From Selaginella moellendorffii (Eukaryota; Plantae; Lycopodiophyta), in NCBI RefSeq assembly GCF_000143415.4, contig NW_003314306.1, positions 1,245,129 to 1,309,128 of the forward strand: 64,000 bases of DNA, in the 5' to 3' direction. Below are positions 10,059 to 20,086 of this stretch, piece by piece. Below the pieces are notes generated by a model that was not told the DNA's origin, did no database searches, and saw nothing but the letters and a program-made list of their open reading frames with translations. The position numbers and the translations under genes are program-made. Position 1 is the first letter of the stretch; every line of letters begins with the position of its first letter.

Positions 10059-11516
10059 ATGGCTAAATGGCTACTACTTTTCTTTGTCTTGGTATTGTTC
10101 TTCCGATGCATTTTGGGCAATGATTGAATTGTTTCATTGTGATGAAGGTTTTTGGTGCAAACGGAAAAAGATCCTCATTGTATGGTGGAACCGATGGGGA
10201 AAATTTCAGTGACGGTCAGTCTCAGGGTATTGTGAGAGTCAAGATCTGGTCTGGGTATATTGTGGATGGGATACAGGTTCAATCAGATCAAGGGGGAGAA
10301 CATGTTTGGTCTGATCCTCATGGCACTTCAAAGGGGGAAACCAAAGAGGTAGATATTTGTAATGCTCATCTTCTACTAAGATTTCTTTCAGGTGGTTTTA
10401 GCTTATCCGGATGAATACATCTACAAGATTTCAGGGCGCACTGGACCAAATCCATGGACTTCTAATGGCTTGAGTAGGCTTTACTTGCACGTCAACAATA
10501 GAAGGACCAATGCCCAAACTACCTTTGGCCCATTTGGTACCTACGACTACTCCAATCAGACTACATTTGATTCCCCAGAAGGGACAGTGGTTGGATTTTT
10601 TGGTTATGCCTCTTCAACAACATACTTCCGAGGAATTGGCGTCTATTTCCAAGATCCTTGTGACTGTCCAACACCATCACCACCGCCTTCTCCACCTCCA
10701 CCACCGCCATCACCACCGCCTTCTCCACCTCCACCACCGCCATCACCACCGCCTTCTCCACCTCCACCACCGCCCCCAAGACCCTGCAAAGGCTATCAAT
10801 GGTGCCCAGCTGGTAGTAGTTGTTGTTGTGTGGACCGTGCATGTAATAAGCACACATGCTGCATATCATCAACTCAAGGGTGCAATCCCTTGGGCTATTG
10901 TGAAGCTCTTCCACCCCCATCACCATTACCATTCCTCCAGCCATATCGCCACCACCACCACTGCCATCGCCACCACCTCCAATCTCCTCCGCCACCACCA
11001 CCAACACCATACCCACCACCTCCATCTCCTCCGCCACCACCACCACCACCATCCCCACCACCTCCATCTCCTCTGCCACCACCACCACCACCATCCCCAC
11101 CACCTCCATCTCCTCCGCCACCACCACCACCACCATCCCCACCACCTCCATCTCCTCCGCCACCACCACCACCACCATCCCCACCACCTCCATCTCCTCC
11201 GCCACCACCACCACCACCATCCCCACCACCTCCATCTCCTCCACCACCATCACCACCACCACCTCCATCTCCTCCGCCACCATCAACACCATCACCGCCA
11301 CCACCAGCCCCACCACCTCCGTCTCCAGCACCACCTTCACCACGGCCACAACCGCCATTGGGAAGATGTAAACGCTTTGATAGGTATTGCCAAAGTAGGT
11401 ATGGGCGGAAGTTTTGTTGCTGCGTGCCAAATAGCGCTGGAAACTGTGGATCCACCCGGACCTGCTGCTGTGATTCTTGTAACCCACGGAAGAATTGTGT
11501 CCAGTGTTGGGCTTAG
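10059..11516 (+). CDS. Secreted jacalin-like lectin / Ser-Pro(n) extensin / two Cys-rich modules chimeric protein
   Basis: Exons 10059-10091, ~10148-10348 and 10392-11516 with GT-AG introns. Signal peptide MAKWLLLFFVLVFGANG. Jacalin motifs YGG, SGYIVDGIQV, HG, PDEYIYKISGR, FGPFG, VVGFFG. SPPPP repeats and two CCC-containing modules. Confidence 0.88.
11010..11250 (+). repeat. 39-nt coding tandem repeat (PPPPSPPPPPPPS-type, ~6 copies)
   Basis: Repeated CCACCACCTCCATCTCCTCCGCCACCACCACCACCATCC-like unit. Confidence 0.85.
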
Positions 11517-11699
11517 AGGATGTAATCAGAAAATATTATGAACTTAATATGAATTTATTATAAAATAAATATAAATAATAATTCCAAAAATAGACTGAAA
11601 GAAGAAAAAAATATAATATTTTTTGGACAACTTTAGTAATGGCAAAAACTAGCTAAAAATAAATGATTTTGTTTTCTTAAAAAGACTAGATGTTCTAAG

Positions 11700-11960
11700 A
11701 TATTCTACTTAATGGTTGTTATTCATTTGGATTAATTTTATTTTTCTAATTTATAAAATTTTTGGTTTGCTTAAGCAAACCTGTAAAGGGATGGTAGTGG
11801 AAGGATATTCTATCATCTAAGGGTTGTTATTCATTTAGATTAATCCTGTATTTATAATTTATAAACATTCCTAAACACTCCCTAGTATATTCTAGTTTAT
11901 TTTACCATCTAATGGTTGGTATTCAGTAAGATTAATCTTGTGTTTATAAATTATAAACAT
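11700..11960. repeat. Imperfect ~100-bp AT-rich tandem repeat (3 copies)
   Basis: Recurring GGTTG(T/G)TATTCA..GATTAAT..T(T)ATAA..TTATAAA at ~11714, 11822 and 11913. Confidence 0.6.
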
Positions 11961-12003
11961 GTATATAACTATAAACTTCCATTGTGATCATTAGATTAAT
12001 AAA

Positions 12004-12233
12004 NNNNNNNNNNNNNNNNNNNNNNNNNNNNNNNNNNNNNNNNNNNNNNNNNNNNNNNNNNNNNNNNNNNNNNNNNNNNNNNNNNNNNNNNNNNNNNNNN
12101 NNNNNNNNNNNNNNNNNNNNNNNNNNNNNNNNNNNNNNNNNNNNNNNNNNNNNNNNNNNNNNNNNNNNNNNNNNNNNNNNNNNNNNNNNNNNNNNNNNNN
12201 NNNNNNNNNNNNNNNNNNNNNNNNNNNNNNNNN
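12004..12233. other. Assembly gap
   Basis: Run of N. Confidence 1.
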
Positions 12234-13399
12234 TGTTCCGTACCTCCTAGGAAAAACAAATCCCTTATGAAAAAGTTGGAAAGAAGAAACTGCCAAGAAA
12301 CTCTAGAAAGACATCTCAACCAAAAAATGGTTGACAAACAATGTTCTGAGACAGATTTCAAGACCAAACTCCAGGCAAAGATGAGTAGGAAACAAATTCA
12401 TATTTCCATCAATCGCTTGGATCACTTGTGTCTTGGCAGATTGCCTGTCCCGGTAGTACACAACACAAGGATCTTGCTCGTGCACAACAATCCCCAAAGC
12501 AACCTTTGCCCTGCCTCACTTGCTAACCAGCACCTCCATATCATTGAAAACACAAAAAGATGGAAAAGTCTCGAAATATCTAGACAGAAGTAATGGCCTG
12601 TCTGGACTGAATAAGGCATCCAACTGACCAACCTGTACTTTGTACCTCCCTGTGCTTTCAATGTAGTTAAAACAAGTATCAAAGATACATAAAAGCAAGA
12701 ACCATATGAGGCAGGCTGAAACAACATAATGCAATTGAAGAATGCATAGCAATTTGATCAAAGAAATTCTGTCTCATGACACTGAATGAATAACCCTGCC
12801 TAAAGGAAAGAAACTTATCTCGTAAGAATCATAGTGTGGACATTCCTGTAATCCACCACATGAATAACATTTCCCAGGATAGTTGCGAAATGCTGTGCTC
12901 CCAACACAATATTGGATCATTGCTAAACTGCAAAGTTGAAAAACACATCATGCATAAGTGTTAAAGATTGGACAAAAAAAGAAACACCAAATACCAAATG
13001 TAGGGAAAACTTAGAGAAAATACCTCTTGACATGATTACCACTGATCAGATTTGGCAGTTTTGAACCTGTAAGCTCTGTAAGCCAGTAGGAGTTTTGTCC
13101 ATGCGCTCTTAAAGACTTGATACAGGGAGGTTGAAACTTCACTCTATGGTGCAAAGCATGAAGGCACCAAACAACACATATGGGGGGAGTTTTCACCTCA
13201 TTGCTTTGCATGCATAAGAGCAGTGTGATATTGTTGAATCTGAATACAAACAGCTGCAATATCTAGATCCTCATCCAGCTGATCTGTGGAATTGGTGTGA
13301 AGATCCTGTGATGTCCTGACAATTGTAGTGGGATCTGCTTCCTAGAAGGAGATCTAGTAGGAGGTAAACAATGTTGTATGGGGAGAATTGCTTCCAAAC

Positions 13400-13700
13400 T
13401 ATACACCAATTGGAATGGAGGGAGCTTCCCTATTGTCTTATATATCCATATGGTAATAGGGTTGGCTAGGCATGGGGATTATCTTGAATAACCTTCTGGA
13501 AGATTGTCTTGAGTGACTTTTCATAACCTCAACCTGGCCATTCCTTTGAGGCTAGTAAGAACTCAACTTAAGATGAGAAATCCCAAGTGTTGTTGTGAGG
13601 TTGGTAACAACAATGCCCAAGAAGAAAAAACAAATTCATCAAAGTGTTATAGGCTAAAGAATCCCCCAAAATCACGATTAGAATGACAAAGAGTTCATCA
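13400..13700 (-). mobile_element. Decayed gypsy integrase core fragment
   Basis: Minus strand LGISHLKLSSY*PQRNGQVEV matches the rve S..Y.PQ.NGQ.E motif. Confidence 0.7.
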
Positions 13701-13719
13701 GGTCTAATATCAAGTTTGA

Positions 13720-15270
13720 GACTGAGTCTAAAGTCCGAGATTGAGTCTGAGACCGAGTCTAAAGTCTGAGATTGAGTCTAAAATCCAAGATCAAATCTAA
13801 AACTGAGTCTGAATACTAATATAGGTTATGGGGTGAAAGCCCTAAAACAATAATCTCCTAGGGGCAGGAGTTTCCAAAATATAATATAGATGGTGAGACT
13901 AAGGATTTAGTCTTGAAGAAACTCTCCTTCATCATTTTTCACATCTAAACCAAGTTAGGGTTAAAATTAAGGGTTAATAGCCTTGGGTGGGAGTGAACAT
14001 AGACTTGAGGAATGCCAAAAAAGCTCCTCAAAGAAGTGCTCAAAAGCAACTCCCACTCCTAAAAGGGAAATTGATTGTGGTGCTTCCGGCTTATGTGGAA
14101 TGGCATTTTACTTAAGTACTATAAAATTCATTGGGCCTCTGCCATTTATAGGGGCTTGGGCCTTCCCTTTGGGATGGAGGTCGGGAATTGAGGTACTTAT
14201 ACTAAGCAATTAACCACAATGTTTCCCTATGGGGTTCTAAACTAAAAGATGCATTTAAGACTTTAGATTTAAATGCAATAAGTATCTAAACCTAAGTAGG
14301 ACTAATCCAAAATTTGTAGGATAGGCATGAACTTTGGCAAGAGAACCTAATTAAAGCCAAGGTAAAAGTGGTTAAATAGATGAAGTTAGTTGGCAAATTA
14401 GAAAAGAATTTTTTTTTCCTTACAAATACTATGGAAAAATGGTGGCAATACTTGCTACTTTTGCAATTTATGCTCCAAAGATTATTATTTATTCTTATTG
14501 GAGATGCTCAAGTCCAAGACTGAGTCTGAATACTAATACAAGTTATGAGGTGAAAGCCTAAAGTGATTGTGTCCCAAAGGGGAGGGATGAATAATGAGGT
14601 TAAGGACTCAATTTTAAAGGAACTCTCTAATGATGCTTCTAATCTAAGTTGGGGTTGAGACTAAGGGTTAGTAACCTTGAGTGGGAGTGAGCATGGACTT
14701 AAGGATTGCTAAAGAAGCTTTTTAAAGAAGTGCTCAAAAGCAACTCCCACTCTTAAAAAGGAAATCAATTGTGGTGATTGCCACTTAAATGAAGTGGTGC
14801 CCCATTTGAATATAATGAGGTTCATTAGTCCTTGCCCCTTCCTAAAGAGGTGGGCAGTTGAAATACTAGTACTAAGCTATTATGCTATGTGTTTCCCTAT
14901 GGGTTCCTAAATTAAGAAATGAACCTAATGGTTAGGATTTAGAGGGTCTTATAAAAAAATCTTGTTGTACCATGGGATATTAAGAATTTGGAAGTTTGGT
15001 GTGTTTAGTTTTGTAGGGAGTGTACTAAAACCTTAAATTCAGTCTAAAATAAAGAGGGGGATTGGTAAAAAGTTTGGGAATCTTGGTTAACATTTTAACC
15101 TAAATAGGATTAAGCCAGAGTTTATATAATAAGTGTGAATCTTAGCAAAGGAACTTAATTAAAGTTGAGGCAAAAGTGGTTAAATAGACAAAGAAAAGGA
15201 AAAGTTTTGCATACTATGGAAAAATAGTGACATTATTTACTATCTTCACAATTTGTGCTCTAGAGAGATC
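13720..15270 (+). repeat. Diverged tandem pair (~700-720 bp period) of a retroelement-derived repeat, headed by a GA(C/T)TGAGTCT minisatellite
   Basis: AAGAAGTGCTCAAAAGCAACTCCCACTC at ~14031 and ~14726. GAGTCTGAATACTAATA at ~13805 and ~14522. Zinc-knuckle-like GSEHRLEEC. Confidence 0.75.
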
Positions 15271-15279
15271 ACTACAACA

Positions 15280-16160
15280 TCAAGTTCTTGCTAGAGCAAC
15301 CACAGCTGAATAAAAGACAAAAAAGATGGATCAAGTGCTCGACTTCACTACTGAATTCAAGCTAGGGAAGAAGAATACTTTGTTGGATGCATTATCTAGA
15401 ATGTTTGAGAAGCCAGCATCACAAGTCTTAATAGGAGTATCCAGATGGACACCAAACTTCCTGGCTAGAGTGACAGAGGGGTACATAAACAATGTGGTGC
15501 TCAGGCCAATCTTCACTCCACTCTCACAATCTGCTGATCAGTCACATCCTGAATTGATATTTAAGAATGGCCTTCTCTGGAGGAAAGGGAAACTAGTGAT
15601 AAGCAGAAAGGCAAATCTTAGGTAGGAGGTCTTTGCACAGTGTCACTCAGGTCTGCTAGCAGGCCATCCAGGCATGGCAGGAACTCTTACAGCCATCAAG
15701 TCTCGCTTTTACTAGAAGGAAATGTAGTGGGAGGTCAAAAGTTGGATGAGGGAGTGTTTGGCATGCTAGCAAATCAAGACTGAGACAGTCCCTTTTCTAA
15801 GGTTGCTGAAGCCGTTGCTAGTAGCTCAAGCATTTTTTGCATCAGTATTGATGGATTTCATCTCAGGCTTGCCTAAGGTGGCTGCTTTGGATGCTGTCAT
15901 GGTGGTAGTAGACTGCTTGACAAAGATTAGCCACTTTATTTCTTTGGCAACCACAGCAGATGCAAAGGTGGTTGAGCTATTCTAACTGGGAATTGTCTAG
16001 TACCATGGGATCCCCGGAGAGATTGTATCAGACAAGGACTTGAGGTTCTTGAGTCACTTCTGGAGATCCTTGTGCCAGTCTCTGTGAATGAAACTAAGCT
16101 ATAACTCCACATATCATTCCCAAACAGATGGACAGACTGAAAGGACAAACCAGACTATGG
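15280..16160 (+). mobile_element. Gypsy RNase H end + integrase (HHCC and rve) fragment
   Basis: GKKNTLLDALSR; CHSGLLAGHPG...CLAC; MDFISGLPK..DAVMVVVDCLTK; QTDGQTERTNQT. Confidence 0.9.
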
Positions 16161-16239
16161 CAGTGGACAAAGTGTGTTTCATAATTCACCATCATTTGAT
16201 TTAATTGAATCATGAATTGGTTTGGTTGTGGCAATCATC

Positions 16240-18530
16240 AATGAGATCTTCAATGCTTGGGATAGGGAACTTGCTTTAACTGTGAGCTTGTTTTACTCTC
16301 TATAATCCACGTGATAATCGGGGCAGCAAAAGGGCTTGAGCTTTCTTCTATCATGTCATCATCTATCAGCTCGTCAATCATTTTGTCAACCATCTCTCTT
16401 TCCTGCCTGCTGAGGCACACGAACGGACTACAAGTTGGCCAAGTTCTTTCTTGAAGGCTTATGTGGTGTTGAATGCCTGTTTGCTCGATGGCCTCCTGAG
16501 AACAAACCTACCTTTGGGAACTTTTCAGCCAGTTGACGAACTGCTTCTGGAATATCTGCTGCTTTGATGTCCCATAATGCTTCTGAAATCGGCCCAAGCT
16601 CCTCAGTTTCCTGGGATTTTTCACTGCCCCCAGCTAATATCCTCCGAAAGAGCTGCCCTGCTCTCATTGCTAATCCTGAGAAGCTCACCAACTTTGAATC
16701 CCTCAGCTCAATTTTGCTTTCCTGCAGTGAAGCTTCTTTTCCTTCATCGGGTTGAGGCTTGTGGTCACTGCTTTCTTCATGCAGGGCTCCTTTTCCCCCA
16801 CTGCCTGAGTTTCCCTTGCAAGCTGGTTGCAACCTGCTTTCTTCACACAAGACTTCTTTTCTCTCGTGTGCAACCGCCATAGTATCATCCTCTTCTAAAG
16901 ACACTGAAATGCACTCTCCACTTGGTGAAAGTTGCCCGTACGTATGTCATAATACTAGGATTGTGCACTGTTGGATATAAGATGTTTATACTGGGCTAGC
17001 AAAGCGGTCAAAACTGGTCAGCAAGGTCTAGCTCCAACCCAACAATGTGTGGCCATCCTTCTCAAAGGTTAAGTGCTTTTCTTAGAAGTTGACTATGATG
17101 TCTCCTAGCTGCTGCAGAGTCTCCACTCCCAGTATGACATCAACTGCCTCCATGTCCAGCATCCAAAAGGATCCTGTGACCACATATCCTCCTGATGTGG
17201 ATGAGCAAGTAGTCTTTTGGCTACCCTTGATCACTCCCCCATCAGTGATCTTCACCTCCAGAGGATGAGCTACATCGACTAGCAAAAGCTTCAAATTTCC
17301 CAAAGACTTCCTGTTGATGAATGTGTGTGATGCACCTGAATCAATCAATGCAAAAGCCACACGTTGCCCCACATTACTTTGGACACAGAAACATTCTGGC
17401 CCAGCCTTGCCCATAAAAGCTGGTAGTGAGACTGTTCCTCAAAGAGAAGCTGAGGCAAATTGAAAGGACCTATAAGACTGGGCTCCTTATCCACTAGTGT
17501 GTCACGCACTGGGGCGTGAACCTCCATGATGAACACCTCACGATCATTGTCGATTTCATCCAGTTCATATGGTAGCAGATCACCCTGCTCGTTGGCTTGA
17601 AGTTGTATGCTAGAGACCCTGGCTCTTGGGTGTGGCACCTCCTGAGCCTTGCACACTGTGACTTCGATTCCATTTCTCGCCACAGTCAAAACACTTGCCT
17701 TTACGCAAGTCTTTGAGCCTCTTATCACGATTTACTGACGCTGGGACTCCAGTGGAGGTCGTGAAAACTGCTGTGACTGGTGTGGTGCAAAATGTTATGG
17801 TCGATTGTTTATAGCCTCTCTATGTCCATCATATCTACTAGCCAACTTCCCTTCCAAATCCCTCAACTTCATGTCTACATGCAATGCATACGTCATTGCT
17901 TGATGAACTGTTAGCGGGTTTTGAGCAATATCAACAGCCATGGACGTTGGGAGAGATGCTATACACCTCTGCATCAANNNNNNNNNNNNNNNNNNNNNNN
18001 NNNNNNNNNNNNNNNNNNNNNNNNNNNNNNNNNNNNNNNNNNNNNNNNNNNNNNNNNNNNNNNNNNNNNNNNNNNNNNNNNNNNNNNNNNNNNNNNNNNN
18101 NNNNNNNNNNNNNNNNNNNNNNNNNNNNNNNNNNNNNNNNNNNNNNNNNNNNNNNNNNNNNNNNNNNNNNNNNNNNNNNNNNNNNNNNNCAATCCTTTGA
18201 GGTGTAAAGTAGCAAACGGCACCTTATAATCCTCTGAATGTCCTTTGTAATTGAACCATCATTCAATGCAATGCAACCAATCCTGCAGCTTGATGATATC
18301 ATTCTCCCCCCCATACTCAAGAACGTTGAGCTTATCTTTTTCCTGCCATAAGTTGGACACTATTGGGTAACAAGCTGGAAAAGTTGGACTGACGATGGTG
18401 GCACCATGGGCTGGAAAGGTGGCACAACAACAGGCTGCTGCCACAGAGTTGAATTGGTGAATTTGTTGAATTGATGCATCAACGAATATGAAGCTTTTTC
18501 TGTATGTCTCACTTTGAAAAGGTAGCAAAA
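16240..18530 (-). mobile_element. Gypsy gag-protease-RT(N-terminus) remnant
   Basis: Gag-like segments (17795-17977, 18259-18528), aspartic protease LIDSGASHTF..DVILG (17082-17414), RT start SSSPFAAP..VDYRE..KFPIPSIED (~16250-16350). Contains an N gap. Confidence 0.85.
17978..18189. other. Assembly gap
   Basis: Run of N. Confidence 1.
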
Positions 18531-18739
18531 GAAAATTTCAAGTTCGATATAGTGTAGGACTTTCTTTGCATGAGTACCTTGAGATTGCGTGATTCTATGT
18601 ATAGCTTTATAAGATAATCTTTGTGTACAAGTCTCAGTTGGGAGGCTTGACTTTTCTGGTTGCAGCGTTCATGAAATCAGAGCGTTTGTGTTACATTCTG
18701 TGCTTGGAGCGAAAGGCTTGGTTGGAAATGGGAATGAAA

Positions 18740-20037
18740 TCAAATATCATGGCAATTGCTGCGGTGCTGGTTGTTCTCTTGGGTATAATCTCGGCTTGAG
18801 TGAAGGATTTTTGTCATTCTTGTTAATATAACAGGGGTTGTGATGCAAGCTGAAGCTGCAGGACAGCAGGCGCTCCTCCAGCGAGGTGATACATCAGACA
18901 ATTCGATATAACTTTGGAGATCTCTTCTAGTTTGCCTGGCAGTGTGCCAGTACACTAGAGTGGTTTGCAGAGTGAATAGGAATGCATGCTTTAACTCTTG
19001 CAATCTACCGCGAGGATGCCGGCCAGTGTAACTTCTAATAAAACGTTATTATTATTGTTTATTATGACATAAGGAATCACAACTAGCTTACAAACGACGA
19101 AGGATAAGTTGAAGCACGAGGGGGGAAATCCGGAAATGCTGGCCTCGATCTCCACTCTGGTTCCCGAGCAAGCGAGAGACTATCTACTCTACCAGTCACA
19201 TGCCGCACACACCACAATTTGGCAAAGCTCAAACCTTTTTTGCTCAAAACCGCTTGTTCCAGGTAAGAGCTTTCGAGAAATTTTCCAAGAAAAGCTGCAG
19301 GATAGAACCGGCCAATTTGCTGATGCTTCGATTAAAACTCGTGATTTTATTTTTTAGTCCTTGCTGCGGTGTGCCATACTCTGGAGTCGTTTCCAGAGGC
19401 GTTCTGTTTGATACAACGCTTGCAATCTCCCACGAGGATGCCGACCAGTTTGACATCCAGAACAAAATTGCTGAATAAAGCATTGGTGCAAGTGAGTTTG
19501 TGAAACCTGCTAAAGAAGTCAAAGATCAAAAGACAAGGTGGATGCTGCTTGATTTTTTTTTTCGTTTGATTACACCTATCGCCCAGCTTTCCATTGTTAT
19601 GCAGTGTTGAGTGGCTTCCAAGTTGAAAGTCCGGTCGGTTTCAAATTACTATGAAGTTTTTGCTGTATTTCACAAGTAGAAGAACTTGTGGTGCTGGTGG
19701 TTCTCTTGGATATAATCTTGGCTTGATCGTGAAGATTCCTTGTCATTCTTGTTAATATATCAGGGGTTGGGATGAAAGCTGAAGCTCCTGCACAGCGGGG
19801 GCTCCTCCAGCGAGGTGAGCGATCAATCTTACTAGTATAGATTCCCAATTCGATATAACTTTGGAGATCTTTTCTAGTTTGCCCGACTGTGTGCCAGTAC
19901 ACTAGAGTGGTTTGCAGAGGTGTTCCGAATGTGAACGCATGCTTTAACTCTTGCAATCTCCTGCCAAGATGCCGGCAAGTGTAATCTGACATAGTCCCAT
20001 AAGGAACTACATTATTGTTTGTTGTGTTAAATACCAC
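18740..20037 (-). repeat. Two diverged direct copies (~18760-19030 and ~19690-19985) of an unidentified coding-like segment
   Basis: Both translate to LQELKHAF..LQTTLVYWHT..QTR.DLQSYIEL..SPRWRS..ILTRMT. Confidence 0.7.
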
Positions 20038-20044
20038 GAGCCGG

Positions 20045-20086
20045 TTTAGGGTTTAGGGTCTACGGTTTAGGGTTTAGGGTTTAGGG
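20045..20086 (+). repeat. Interstitial plant telomeric repeat (TTTAGGG)x6, one unit degenerate
   Basis: TTTAGGG TTTAGGG TCTACGG TTTAGGG TTTAGGG TTTAGGG. Confidence 0.9.

Noticed and set aside
10510-11541. 343-aa His-rich ORF and antisense Gly-rich/Val-rich ORFs
   Set aside because: Shadow frames of the CCA-rich extensin repeat. Only the Pro frame is continuous with the jacalin domain and Cys modules.
12240-13300. Possible gene in the short ORFs after the gap
   Set aside because: No family recognisable and frames interrupted; cannot support a call.
4409-18320. ORFs containing X runs
   Set aside because: Artefacts of translating through N gaps.
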